NCBI GenBank assembly: GCA_049325335.1 | Contig: JBMOMC010000001.1 | Span: 64,001 to 128,000, forward strand | Length of the DNA: 64,000 nucleotides | Origin: Nitrospirota bacterium | GTDB taxonomy: Bacteria; Nitrospirota; Nitrospiria; 2-01-FULL-66-17 | Direction: 5' to 3' | Shown: positions 15,798-25,707 of the stretch, piece by piece | Layout: every line of letters starts with the position of its first letter | Numbering within the stretch: position 1 is the first letter of the stretch | Notes under the pieces: generated by a model | What the model saw: only the letters and a program-made list of their open reading frames with translations | Databases searched by the model: none | Told to the model about the DNA's origin: nothing | Translations under genes and position numbers: made by a program

Positions 15798-18467
15798 TTA
15801 CCCGACCTTCACGATCTTCACCCGCCCCGCCTTGAACACCGGGGACTTCGTGACCGGATCCACCGCCATCGCCAACACGTCTTTGACCGCCGGATTATTG
15901 AAATGCTCGGGGAACCGGCACGAGCCAGCCGGCAGATCGAGATTGATCTCCACGCCGACTTCGACCGATCCCAACGGTGACGTGACCTTCACGCGACCGT
16001 CGTTGCCCACGCCCAATGCCTCGGCGTCCTTGGGCGAAATCTGGAGGAGTTTCTTGGCGTTGATCTCAAGCAAGCCCTTGTCGCGGGTGGACATCTTGCC
16101 CGAGTGATAGAGCACTTGATACAGCGACAGTTCGAACGGGGATTCCGCGCTCGCCGGGCCAGCCGCCACCGCGGGTCGCGCGTACCGCGCAGCCGCGTCG
16201 GCGGTCAGTCCGGCCGCGGGATGGGTCGCGCCCGGCAACTCGAACGCCGCGGGCGCCACTTGCAACAACTCGCGACGAATCTCTTCCGCCTCGGTGTAAT
16301 CGAATGACGCGCCCAACAGTTGCCCCAGCTCGGAGAAAATCTCCCAGTCAATCCGCGCTTCGCCCGGGGGATCGAGCGCGCGCACCACCGGCTGCAACGA
16401 GCCCTGACCGTCCAGGAACGTCCCGGACTTTTCCGCGGCCAGGGCCGCGGGCAACACCACGTGCGCGGCCGCGCCCATCTCGGTGAGGAACGCGTCTTGA
16501 ACGATCAACAGATCCAGTTTGGCCAACGCCTCGCGCACGCCCGCGCTCGCCGGCAAGGTCCCCAAGGGGTTCTCGCCCACCGCGTACAAGGCTTTGATGC
16601 GGCCCGCGCGGATGCCGTCGAGCATCTCGGTCAGCGTGGCGCCGTTGGTCGGCAGCGTCGCGCCCCAGGCGGATTCGATCCGCGCACGCGCCGCGGGATC
16701 GTCGTATCGGAACCCGCCAGGCAACCGGCCCGCCAGCGTACCGGTTGCCATGGCACCGCGTTCGTTGTTCTCTTCGCACGTGCGCACCACGCCGGACCCG
16801 GGCTGCCCCACCATGCCGCTGACCAGCATCAAGTCCGCGATCCGCAACACGTTCGCGTACCCGTCCGGCCGGTTCACGATCTGCTCGCCGAGCACGATCG
16901 CCCGCGTGTCGCCGGATAGAAACACCGACGCAGCCTCGGCAAACTGCTCGCGCGACAGCCCGGTGGCGGCGCGGAGCGCATCCCACGACAGGCCGGCCAA
17001 CGCGGATGTCAGCGCTGAAACGGTCGTACCTTGCTCCGACGTGACGCGGGCCGGCACCAAACCGCCTTCGACAATCGCCTTGGTGAGCCCTTGCACGAAC
17101 GCGCCCTCTGAGCCGACCGCGACCTGATATGGGTACGGTGCGAGTTTGGCCAGGTTCGTGCGCATGGAATGCGTCACGATCAACTGCGCGTGGAAGTTGC
17201 TGAACGCATCCTTGACGCGCAACGCGAGAATCGGATTGGTCTCGGTTAGGTCAGACCCGACGACCAGGATCGACCGCGCCATCGTCAAATCACGGAACGA
17301 GAGCGTGGGCTGGACCACGCCCAACGCACGCTCCATGGCTTCCACGTACACCGCGTGGCCGTACCGCGCGCTCGAATCGATATTATTGGTCCCCACCGCC
17401 TGGCGCATGAACCGCTGGAACGCGTAGAGATCTTCATTCGTGCAGCGGGCCGTGATCAACCCCGCGATGGCATCCGGGCCGTGTTCGTTCTTGATGGCTC
17501 GCAGGCGTTTTGCGATGTCAGCCGTGGCTTCGAACCAGGACGATTCCACCAGCTTGCCGCCCTTGCGCATCAATGGCTTCTTCAACCGATCCGGGCTGTT
17601 CACGTATGCAAAGCCGAAGCGACCCTTCACGCACAACCCGCCGTGCCCGTCAACCGTGGAGGTGTGGTCGTCCCACTTATCCTTCCACGACAACTGCGAC
17701 GTGACCCGCACCACCGCGTCGTCCTTGACCTCCACGCGCATCTGGCAGCCGTCCGCGCAGTAGTTGCAGGCGGTCACAGTACGGTTGAGCTGCCACGGCT
17801 TGTACAGGTACTTGGAGAACTTGTTGGTGATCGCGCCCACCGGGCAGACCGCCAGGCAATCCCCGCAGAATTCGCAATCCAGCGCGTTGTCGCCCTTGGC
17901 CACCACGTGGGTGAACCCGCCCTTCTTGAAAAACTGCAGGGCGTCCACCATCACCACTTCCTTGCAGATGTTGATGCACTGCGCGCACAGGATGCAGCGG
18001 TTCATGTTGAAGTCGAGCACGGTGCTGCGCCGATCCTCGGGCAGGCCCTTTTGCTTGACCTCGCCGATCTGCACGATCCCGAAGTTAAAACTCATGTCCT
18101 GCAGCTCGCAGTGCCCGTCCGCGTCGCACACCGGGCAATCCAACGGGTGCGTCTGTAGGTGTTTTTCGACCGCCTTCTTGCGCGCATCGAACATGGCCTT
18201 GTTGTCCACGCGCACAATCATGCCCGCCGCCACCGGCGAGGTGCACGAGCGCACCGGCGCCTTCTTGCCCTCGACCTCGACCAAGCACACGCCGCACGAC
18301 CCGAAGGGGTTGAACGTGTAGTGGTAACACATGCTCGGAATGGTCTTGCCCATCCCCACGATCGCGTCATAGATCGACGTGCCTTCCGGCACGTTCACGA
18401 CCTCGTCGTCGATCGTGAGCTGCACGTTCGCCTTGTCGGTTGTTATAGATATCAGTTCTTGACTCAT
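15798..18467 (-). CDS. nuoG: NuoG-like / formate-dehydrogenase-alpha-like Fe-S subunit
   Basis: 2Fe-2S motif (C...CGVC...C), HPLDCPVC...C, CILCAQC, CEFCGDC...CP, CNYCADGC...C; molybdopterin-oxidoreductase body; position inside the nuo cluster. Confidence 0.85.
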   Translation of the reverse strand: MSQELISITTDKANVQLTIDDEVVNVPEGTSIYDAIVGMGKTIPSMCYHYTFNPFGSCGVCLVEVEGKKAPVRSCTSPVAAGMIVRVDNKAMFDARKKAVEKHLQTHPLDCPVCDADGHCELQDMSFNFGIVQIGEVKQKGLPEDRRSTVLDFNMNRCILCAQCINICKEVVMVDALQFFKKGGFTHVVAKGDNALDCEFCGDCLAVCPVGAITNKFSKYLYKPWQLNRTVTACNYCADGCQMRVEVKDDAVVRVTSQLSWKDKWDDHTSTVDGHGGLCVKGRFGFAYVNSPDRLKKPLMRKGGKLVESSWFEATADIAKRLRAIKNEHGPDAIAGLITARCTNEDLYAFQRFMRQAVGTNNIDSSARYGHAVYVEAMERALGVVQPTLSFRDLTMARSILVVGSDLTETNPILALRVKDAFSNFHAQLIVTHSMRTNLAKLAPYPYQVAVGSEGAFVQGLTKAIVEGGLVPARVTSEQGTTVSALTSALAGLSWDALRAATGLSREQFAEAASVFLSGDTRAIVLGEQIVNRPDGYANVLRIADLMLVSGMVGQPGSGVVRTCEENNERGAMATGTLAGRLPGGFRYDDPAARARIESAWGATLPTNGATLTEMLDGIRAGRIKALYAVGENPLGTLPASAGVREALAKLDLLIVQDAFLTEMGAAAHVVLPAALAAEKSGTFLDGQGSLQPVVRALDPPGEARIDWEIFSELGQLLGASFDYTEAEEIRRELLQVAPAAFELPGATHPAAGLTADAAARYARPAVAAGPASAESPFELSLYQVLYHSGKMSTRDKGLLEINAKKLLQISPKDAEALGVGNDGRVKVTSPLGSVEVGVEINLDLPAGSCRFPEHFNNPAVKDVLAMAVDPVTKSPVFKAGRVKIVKVG

Positions 18468-18490
18468 TGTTCCCACCTACCCCGCGTAGC

Positions 18491-18616
18491 GGAGCCTGTT
18501 CAGCAACGCGCCAGATGCAAGGCGGAGCGAGCGCCCGCACCGCAACGTACTAAGTCGTACGTGAGGAGCGGAAGCGCAGCGGCAACGCCGCAGATGGCCC
18601 TTCATCGACAGGCTCC
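18491..18616 (+). mobile_element. ~126-bp MITE-like repeat, copy 1
   Basis: Terminal inverted repeat GGAGCCTGT...ACAGGCTCC; core agatgcaaggcggag...cgtac..gtacgtgag...caacgccgcagatg shared with three other copies. Confidence 0.8.
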
Positions 18617-18618
18617 CC

Positions 18619-19836
18619 TCACCGATCGCACTCCCCCATCACAATATCGTACGTTCCGAAAATGGTAATCACGTCGGCGATCATATACCCCCGCGCCATC
18701 TGATCAAACGCGCCCATATGGATAAATGACGGGGAGCGAATCTTCAGCCGATAGGGTTTGCCCTCGCCGCTGCTCACGATGTAAAAACCCAATTCGCCCT
18801 TATGCGCCTCGGTGCCGCAGTAGATCTCCCCCTTGGGCGTGGGAAAGCCCACGGAGAAGAATTTGAACTGCATGATCATGCTCTCCAGGTTCGTGAACAC
18901 GCGATCCTTGGTGGGCGCGACCACCTGCGGCACGTCGGCCATAATCGGGCCGTCGGGCAATTTATCCAGGCACTGCCGGACGATTCTGCTGCTCTCCTTG
19001 AGCTCTTCGATGCGAATCCAGTACCGGTCGTAGGTGTCGCCGTTGGTGCCGATCGGCACGCTCCACTCCACGTCCGCATACGCGCCGTACGGTTCGGCCT
19101 TGCGCAGGTCGTACTCCACACCCGAGCCGCGCAACGTGGGACCGGACAACCCGAAGCTCAACGCGTCTTCGGCCGAAATCACCGCGATGCCCTTGGTGCG
19201 CGCGATCCAAATCCGATTCTTCTCGAGGAGCACGTTGTACTCTTCGACTTTGCCCGGAAAATCTTTGATGAACGCGTTGAGCCCATCGATAATATCCGGC
19301 GTGAAGTCCCGCTCCACGCCGCCGATCCGATACCAGCTCGTGGTTAGGCGCGCGCCGCACAGCTTGTCGAACAGGTCCAACAGCACCTCGCGCTCACGGA
19401 ACGTGTAGAAGAACACGGTCATGGCACCGATGTCGAGCGCCTGCGTGCCCAGCCAGAACAGGTGCCCGATGATGCGTTGCACCTCGGCCACGATCGTGCG
19501 CAGGTACTCGGACCGCGGGGGCACCGTGATGCCCATGAGTTTTTCCACGGCACGGACGTACGCGAAGTTGTTGTACATCGCGCAGACGTAATCCAGGCGG
19601 TCCGTGTGGGGAATGAACTGGTGGTACGTCCCGTCCTCGGCGAGTTTCTCCACCCCGCGGTGCAGAAAGCCCATGACCGGCGTGGACTTCATGATCCGCT
19701 CACCTTCCAACTCAAGGACGACCTTCAACACGCCGTGCGTGCTGGGGTGCTGCGGCCCCATGTTGAGCATCAACTCCTCGGTGCGCAGGAGCGGCAGCTT
19801 CTTTTGCGAATACGGGGTGTGAACCGGCCTGGTCAT
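18619..19836 (-). CDS. nuoD: NADH-quinone oxidoreductase subunit D
   Basis: NMGPQHPSTHGVL, LHRG.EK, DRLDY, DIVMGECDR. Confidence 0.97.
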   Translation of the reverse strand: MTRPVHTPYSQKKLPLLRTEELMLNMGPQHPSTHGVLKVVLELEGERIMKSTPVMGFLHRGVEKLAEDGTYHQFIPHTDRLDYVCAMYNNFAYVRAVEKLMGITVPPRSEYLRTIVAEVQRIIGHLFWLGTQALDIGAMTVFFYTFREREVLLDLFDKLCGARLTTSWYRIGGVERDFTPDIIDGLNAFIKDFPGKVEEYNVLLEKNRIWIARTKGIAVISAEDALSFGLSGPTLRGSGVEYDLRKAEPYGAYADVEWSVPIGTNGDTYDRYWIRIEELKESSRIVRQCLDKLPDGPIMADVPQVVAPTKDRVFTNLESMIMQFKFFSVGFPTPKGEIYCGTEAHKGELGFYIVSSGEGKPYRLKIRSPSFIHMGAFDQMARGYMIADVITIFGTYDIVMGECDR

Positions 19837-19839
19837 GAC

Positions 19840-20358
19840 TTAGGAGGACCTAGGCGGAACGGGCGGCGCGGGCGTGTCGAGAAACTCGAACGTGTCGCGC
19901 CAACCTTTGCCCACCATGGGGAAATCCTTGCGCAGCGGGAAACCTTCGGTGTAGTCGTCCGGCATCAGGATGCGACGCAGGTCGGGATGGTGCAGAAAGC
20001 GGATGCCCATCATGTCGTAGACCTCGCGCTCCATGAAGTCGCATCCCTTCCAGAACGGGGTGAGCGACTCCACGACCGGTTCGGACTCCGGTACGCGCGT
20101 CTTGAGGCGCAGGCGGTGGCGACGGCGCACCGAATACACCTCCCACACGACCTCGAAGCGAACCGGCTCGCCGAGCCAATCCACCGAGCTCACGTGTACG
20201 ATGTAGTCGTAATCCATCTCCGGGTCCTCGCGCAAAAACCGCGCGACATCGAGGACCGCGTCGGGCCGAACTTCCACCGCCACATCCCCGCGAAACTCCG
20301 CAGCCCGGAGGAATGCATCCGGGAACCGCGCTTTAATTTGTTCGGCGACCGGATGCAT
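19840..20358 (-). CDS. nuoC: NADH-quinone oxidoreductase subunit C
   Basis: ERE.YDMMGI.F..HPDLRRILM...FPLRKDFP. Confidence 0.97.
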   Translation of the reverse strand: MHPVAEQIKARFPDAFLRAAEFRGDVAVEVRPDAVLDVARFLREDPEMDYDYIVHVSSVDWLGEPVRFEVVWEVYSVRRRHRLRLKTRVPESEPVVESLTPFWKGCDFMEREVYDMMGIRFLHHPDLRRILMPDDYTEGFPLRKDFPMVGKGWRDTFEFLDTPAPPVPPRSS

Positions 20359-20888
20359 CAGGCTTTAATTCCGCCAAAAGACTCTCGTTGGACGAACACC
20401 CGTTGTTGCATGATCTTTTCTTGAAGTCTCAAAATGCCGTCGAACAATGCTTCCGGCGTGGGCGGACAACCGGGCACGTAGATATCGACCGGCACGAACC
20501 GATCCACGCCTTGAACGACCGGGTAGCTATTGTAAATGTTGCCGGACGTGGCGCAGGACCCCATCGCGATCACGAAGCGCGGCTCCGGCATCTGGTCGTA
20601 GACCTTGCGGATGACCGGCGCCATGCGGCGGCAGACCGTGCCCGCCACGATCATCAGATCGGACTGGCGCGGCGAGGCGCGAAACACCCCCGCGCCGTAG
20701 CGGTCCATGTCGTAGCGAGAGGACACCGCCGCGATCATTTCGATGGCGCAACAGGCCAACCCGAACGTCATGGGCCAGAGCGAGCCCTTGCGCGCCCAGT
20801 TCACGGCCTGTTCGAGCTTCAACGTCACGAAGCCCACATCCCCGGTCTTGCCGTCCCCGGAGCGTGGGCTGATATTGATCAATCCCAT
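20358..20888 (-). CDS. nuoB: NADH-quinone oxidoreductase subunit B
   Basis: [26 protein letters not shown]. Confidence 0.97.
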   Translation of the reverse strand: MGLINISPRSGDGKTGDVGFVTLKLEQAVNWARKGSLWPMTFGLACCAIEMIAAVSSRYDMDRYGAGVFRASPRQSDLMIVAGTVCRRMAPVIRKVYDQMPEPRFVIAMGSCATSGNIYNSYPVVQGVDRFVPVDIYVPGCPPTPEALFDGILRLQEKIMQQRVFVQRESFGGIKA

Positions 20889-21262
20889 TCGAGCGCTCCC
20901 TTGCGCCACGCGTACGCGTACGCGGCCACGAACAAGAGGATGAAAATGATCATCTCGATCAAGCCGAACAGTCCGATTTTGTCGAACGCCACGGCCCAGG
21001 GATAGAGGAAGATCAATTCCACGTCGAAGATCACGAACAACATGGCGATGATGTAGTACCGGACCGGGAACGGCATCCGCGCGTCGGAAATCGGCTCGCT
21101 ACCGCACTCGTAGGCGGAGAGTTTTTCCGACGAATCGATGCGCGGCTGGATGACGTAGCTGAAGATCAGAGTCCCGGCGCCGAATGCCGCCGCGATCGCC
21201 ATGAAAATGACGACCGGCCCATAGTTGGACAGATACGCCGTGAGTACGGAATCGAGACCCAT
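20879..21262 (-). CDS. nuoA: NADH-quinone oxidoreductase subunit A
   Basis: [27 protein letters not shown]. Confidence 0.97.
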   Translation of the reverse strand: MGLDSVLTAYLSNYGPVVIFMAIAAAFGAGTLIFSYVIQPRIDSSEKLSAYECGSEPISDARMPFPVRYYIIAMLFVIFDVELIFLYPWAVAFDKIGLFGLIEMIIFILLFVAAYAYAWRKGALEWD

Positions 21263-21303
21263 AACCCCTTCAATGGACTCCGATTTCACTGATCAGAAGG
21301 CAG

Positions 21304-21333
21304 GTTGTAGCACGCCCCATTTTAGGCAGTCAA
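21304..21333 (-). promoter_or_regulatory. Candidate sigma70 promoter of the nuo operon
   Basis: TTGACT-18nt-TACAAC with a TG extended -10. Confidence 0.5.
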
Positions 21334-21446
21334 GCGGCTAAAGGACCTAACCCCCGACTTGGGGCAAAGGGCCTAGAAGGGCCGAGGGGGGATGGGGAGA
21401 GGGGGGAAGGAACGAACCGGGGAGCCGGGGAACTGGGGAAAGGGCG

Positions 21447-22136
21447 TTACTCCAGCTTCGAGAGGCGATCCAGATCCTCCTCCTTGCCCACGATCACCAT
21501 GACGTCGCCCTTCTGGAGGATGTCGTCGGCATCAGGGTTCACGTTCATCTCCTCCACGCTCTTCCACTCCCCGCGCACGAGTTTGGTCACGCGGCGTTTG
21601 ATGGCGATGACGTTGATGCCGTAATTGGTGCGGATGGACGCTTCTTTCAACGGCCGGCCCACGAACTGGCCCGGCACTTCGATCTCCTCGATGCTGTAGC
21701 CCTGGGCCAACTCCAGGTATTCCAGCACATTCGGCGCGATCAAACGGTGCGCCAGGCGGATCGCGGCGTCGCGCTCCGGGTAGATCACTTCGGTGACGCC
21801 CATGTTCGCGAGGATTTTGCCGTGCAGCGGAGTGACCGCCTTCGCGATAATCTCCTTGACGCCCAGCTCCTTGAGCGTCATGACGATGAGGATGCTCGCT
21901 TCGATGTTCTCGCCGATGCTCACCACCGCCACGTCCACGTTCTGGATGCTCACGGCCTTGAGCGCGCGCTCGTCCGTGGCGTCGCACTGCACCGCGTACG
22001 TCGCGAAATCGCTGACGGCCTCGATCTGCGCCTCGTTGCTGTCGATGGCCAGCACTTCGTAGCCTTTTTTAATGAGCGTCTCGGCCACGCTGTAGCCGAA
22101 GCGACCCAGACCAATTACCGCAAACTGGCGCGCCAT
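21447..22136 (-). CDS. trkA: TrkA/KtrA K+ uptake regulatory subunit
   Basis: VIGLGRFG RCK_N domain plus TrkA_C domain. Confidence 0.93.
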   Translation of the reverse strand: MARQFAVIGLGRFGYSVAETLIKKGYEVLAIDSNEAQIEAVSDFATYAVQCDATDERALKAVSIQNVDVAVVSIGENIEASILIVMTLKELGVKEIIAKAVTPLHGKILANMGVTEVIYPERDAAIRLAHRLIAPNVLEYLELAQGYSIEEIEVPGQFVGRPLKEASIRTNYGINVIAIKRRVTKLVRGEWKSVEEMNVNPDADDILQKGDVMVIVGKEEDLDRLSKLE

Positions 22137-22144
22137 GTGTGCTC

Positions 22145-23521
22145 CTAGCCGATGAGAACGCGTTCCGGAGGATACCGAAACCGTCGCGTTTCTTCCAATC
22201 GGACCAATGCGACGCTGACCGTCAGCGGGCCCACGCGGCCAATGACCATTGTCAGCATGATCATAAACTTCCCGAAATCGGAAAACAGCGCGGAATAACT
22301 CAGCACGCCTCCGTCCCCGGTCGACATCCCCACGGTGCCAAACGCCGACGTGACTTCGAACAGGGTGCGAAGAAAATCTTGCCGTTCACTGACCTGAAGC
22401 ACCAACGTCATGCCCGTAGTCAACGCGAACGCCACCAACGCCAGGGAAAACGCCCGGATTACGGTTTCTTGAGGAATCCGCCGGTGGAACGCGGTCACGT
22501 CGCTTCGTCCCCGAATGCCGGCCCAGATCCCCACCAACATGGTCCCGAACGTCGACGTCTTGATCCCGCCGCCGGTGCCGCCCGGTGACGCGCCCACGAA
22601 CATGAGCAGCACCAGGATATACAACGTGGCGGCGGTGGCGCCCCCCAAATCCACGGAGTTGAAGCCGCCGGACCGCGCGGCCACGGAGTGAAAATACGAC
22701 ACCATCAGTTGGTCGGCCAACGGCAGCGACCCCACGGTCTTGGGGTTACCCGCCTCGAACGCCCAGAACACCAACGTGCCCACCACAATCAGCGCGGCCG
22801 TCAGACTCAACACCATCCACGTATGCACGGTCAGCCGAAACGTCTCGCGCTTCGCGAGTCGAATGAGGTCCCGATACACGATGAAACCGATACCGCCCGA
22901 GATGATCAGGACCGTGATCACGATGTTCACGAGCACGTCGCTTTGGTACGCGATCAGGTTGGTGGGAAACAGCGAGAACCCCGCGTTGTTGAATGCCATC
23001 ACGGAATGGAACACCCCCAGGTAGATCGCCTCTGGACCCGGCACGTCAAAGGAGAAACGAATCGCCAGCAGCACGGCGCCGATGCCTTCCATCACTAATG
23101 TCATCCACAAGATGCCCTTGAGTAGTCCGATCAACCCCTCGACGGTCAACACGTTGAGCGCCTCCTGCATCACCAGGCGCTGCTTGATCCCGATCTTCTT
23201 CCCCAGCAAGATGATGATGACCGTGGACAGGACCATGTATCCCAGCCCGCCCAACTGCGCCAACACGAGAATGATGACCTGGCCCGTAGTACTGAAGTCG
23301 GTCGCCAGGTCCTTGACCGCCAGACCGGTAACGCAGACGGCGGAGGCGGCCATGAACAAGGCGTCGATAAATCGGATCGAGTGATCCGGGGCTGACGCCA
23401 CTGGAAGCGACAGTGCGATCGTCCCGATGGCGATCGCCCCCGAGAACCACAACACGAGAATCTGCGAGGGCGTCAGGCGGTAGACGCCGATGCGGCCTTG
23501 GTGGGTGGCGACGGGTTCCAT
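22145..23521 (-). CDS. trkH: TrkH/KtrB K+ uptake membrane subunit
   Basis: SAVCVTGL, FNNAGF, GASPGGTGGGIKT, SAFGTVG. Confidence 0.93.
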   Translation of the reverse strand: MEPVATHQGRIGVYRLTPSQILVLWFSGAIAIGTIALSLPVASAPDHSIRFIDALFMAASAVCVTGLAVKDLATDFSTTGQVIILVLAQLGGLGYMVLSTVIIILLGKKIGIKQRLVMQEALNVLTVEGLIGLLKGILWMTLVMEGIGAVLLAIRFSFDVPGPEAIYLGVFHSVMAFNNAGFSLFPTNLIAYQSDVLVNIVITVLIISGGIGFIVYRDLIRLAKRETFRLTVHTWMVLSLTAALIVVGTLVFWAFEAGNPKTVGSLPLADQLMVSYFHSVAARSGGFNSVDLGGATAATLYILVLLMFVGASPGGTGGGIKTSTFGTMLVGIWAGIRGRSDVTAFHRRIPQETVIRAFSLALVAFALTTGMTLVLQVSERQDFLRTLFEVTSAFGTVGMSTGDGGVLSYSALFSDFGKFMIMLTMVIGRVGPLTVSVALVRLEETRRFRYPPERVLIG

Positions 23522-23522
23522 C

Positions 23523-24146
23523 TCACGCCGTCTCCAACATGCCCATCACCCCGCGGCGGATCATACTGACGGCAATCGCCGCCAGCAACAAATAAAACAC
23601 CTTGGCGATTGCGGTTGCGCCGTTCACGCCCAACACCCCAATCACGCGGTCCGCGTAGCGGACGACGACCCACGCCAGCAGCAAATTGAGCGCCAGCGAG
23701 AGCACCACCAGCCCGATCCCGTACGTGCCCATCAGCATCAGCGACGTGGTGAGCGTGGCCGGTCCCGCGATAATCGGCGTGCCCAACGGCACCACGCCCA
23801 GCGTCTGTTGCGACTTGGGCGAGGCCGCGCGCGTGCCGTCGCGCAACAGGTCCCAAATCGCAAACACCAACAGCAGCACGCCGCCGGCGATCATGAAGTC
23901 CTCGACCCGCACACCCAAGATCGAAAACGTGGCCTTGCCCAACAGGATGAACGACACCGTCACGGAAAACGCCGTGACCACCGACTGCCGCGCGATGCGC
24001 GGCTTGTCCGCGGCCGGGAGCGGCTGCGTGAGCGAATAATACGTGGGCAACACGCCGATCACGTCGATCGCCACAAAGATCGGCAGGAACACCAACACGA
24101 ATCGTTCGAGCGCGTCGGGACTTTGGAGGAACGTGAGCGCGTCCAT
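23523..24146 (-). CDS. MarC-family membrane protein
   Basis: F.IAGG.LL, VPLGTP.IAGPA. Confidence 0.9.
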   Translation of the reverse strand: MDALTFLQSPDALERFVLVFLPIFVAIDVIGVLPTYYSLTQPLPAADKPRIARQSVVTAFSVTVSFILLGKATFSILGVRVEDFMIAGGVLLLVFAIWDLLRDGTRAASPKSQQTLGVVPLGTPIIAGPATLTTSLMLMGTYGIGLVVLSLALNLLLAWVVVRYADRVIGVLGVNGATAIAKVFYLLLAAIAVSMIRRGVMGMLETA

Positions 24147-24368
24147 GTGTGCGTGGGCCGCGGCCGCTCATCTCCCTATCCGGCCGACACCGACCCCTCG
24201 CGATACGGCGGGGATCATAGGCCCGCCGGTCTATGCTGTCAAGGAATCTCGATGTCGTGGTTCCACGGCAGGGCTGACGGGAGCGCAGATTTGACACGTT
24301 GCCGCCCGCTGGGGTCCAATACGGCAAACGTGTGTCGGCAACACGAAAACCAACAGGAGCATGTGACG

Positions 24369-24701
24369 ATGAACTATTACGAATCCAAAGACCTCGGTCG
24401 TTTCACGGAAGTCGGGAAATTTTCCGGCGACCTCATGAAGAAGTTTTTCGACTACTACACCGAGGCCACCGGCAAAGACGGCGCGCTGACCAAACGCGAA
24501 AAAGCGCTGATCGCGTTGGCGGTCTCGCACGTCAAACAGTGTCCCTACTGCATCGACGCCTACACCACCCAGTGTTTGGAAGCGGGCTCGAATCCCGAGG
24601 AGATGACCGAAGCCGTGCACGTGGCCGCGGCGATGGAAGCCGGGATGACATTGGTGCACGTGGTGCAAATGCACAATTGCCTCGAACGCCAGGGAGGGTA
24701 G
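24369..24701 (+). CDS. AhpD/carboxymuconolactone decarboxylase family protein (type found beside ArsS)
   Basis: GALT.REKALIALAV, QCPYCIDAY. Confidence 0.88.
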   Translation: MNYYESKDLGRFTEVGKFSGDLMKKFFDYYTEATGKDGALTKREKALIALAVSHVKQCPYCIDAYTTQCLEAGSNPEEMTEAVHVAAAMEAGMTLVHVVQMHNCLERQGG

Positions 24702-24706
24702 GCCCG

Positions 24707-25696
24707 ATGCCGACCGAGGCCAAATTTTCGTTCGAGAGCACCCTAGAGCAACACTGCATCGACCTCGCGCCGTTGGCCATCGACACATTGCAGGTCAATA
24801 CCGGCAAGTTCTGCAACCAGGCGTGCCACCACTGCCACGTGGACGCATCGCCGTACCGCACCGAAGAAATGGACCGGCGGACCATGGAGCAGTGCGTGAC
24901 CATCCTCCGAACGCACGCGTCGATCACCACCCTCGACATCACGGGCGGCGCGCCGGAGATCCATCCCCATTTTGAATACCTGGCGACCGAAGCCCGCGGG
25001 CTCGGCAAACACGTCATGGTCCGCCACAATCTGACGGTGACCCTGGACGGCAACCCCAAGACCCACGAGGCCAAACGCCATCTGCCGGAATTTTTCGCCG
25101 CCAATCACATGGAGGTGGTGTGCTCGCTCCCGTATTACCAGGAGTATTTCACCGACAAACAGCGCGGCAAAGGCGTCTTTGCCAAGAGCATCGACAGCCT
25201 GAGACTCCTCAACGCCCAAGGATACGGCCAGGACGGTACGGGCCTCGTCATCAACCTCGTGTACAACCCGGTGGGGGCCTTTCTCCCGGCCGCGCAGCCG
25301 AGCCTCGAAGCGGAATTCAGGCGGCACCTGGCGCAGCACGGCGTGGTCTTCAACAAACTCTACACGATCACGAACATGCCCATTCACCGATTCCGCACCC
25401 AACTGGAGCGGCTCGGCGTCTACGACGACTACATGGGCAAACTGGTCACGGCGTTTAATCCCGCGGCGGCCGAAGGCGTCATGTGCCGCTCGTTGATCAG
25501 CGTGGGATACGACGGCAAGTTGTACGACTGCGACTTCAATCAGATGCTGGAGATGCAGATCGAACAGAGCGAACCCATGACCGTCTTTAACTTCGACCTG
25601 GCCAAACTCGCGAACCGCCGCATTCGATTCGACTCCCACTGCTTCGGCTGCACCGCGGGCGCGGGCAGCAGTTGCGGAGGCGCAACAGCGTTGTAA
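24707..25696 (+). CDS. arsS: ArsS-type radical SAM protein with a Cys-rich C-terminus
   Basis: LQVN.G..CNQAC.HCHV, DITGGAPE, MCR..ISV..DG.LYDCDFNQML, HCFGCTAGAGSSCGG. Confidence 0.88.
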   Translation: MPTEAKFSFESTLEQHCIDLAPLAIDTLQVNTGKFCNQACHHCHVDASPYRTEEMDRRTMEQCVTILRTHASITTLDITGGAPEIHPHFEYLATEARGLGKHVMVRHNLTVTLDGNPKTHEAKRHLPEFFAANHMEVVCSLPYYQEYFTDKQRGKGVFAKSIDSLRLLNAQGYGQDGTGLVINLVYNPVGAFLPAAQPSLEAEFRRHLAQHGVVFNKLYTITNMPIHRFRTQLERLGVYDDYMGKLVTAFNPAAAEGVMCRSLISVGYDGKLYDCDFNQMLEMQIEQSEPMTVFNFDLAKLANRRIRFDSHCFGCTAGAGSSCGGATAL

Positions 25697-25707
25697 GGTC
25701 AACCGCG

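Noticed and set aside
25640..25696. Selenocysteine in the ArsS C-terminus
   Set aside because: All positions are TGC Cys codons and the stop is TAA.
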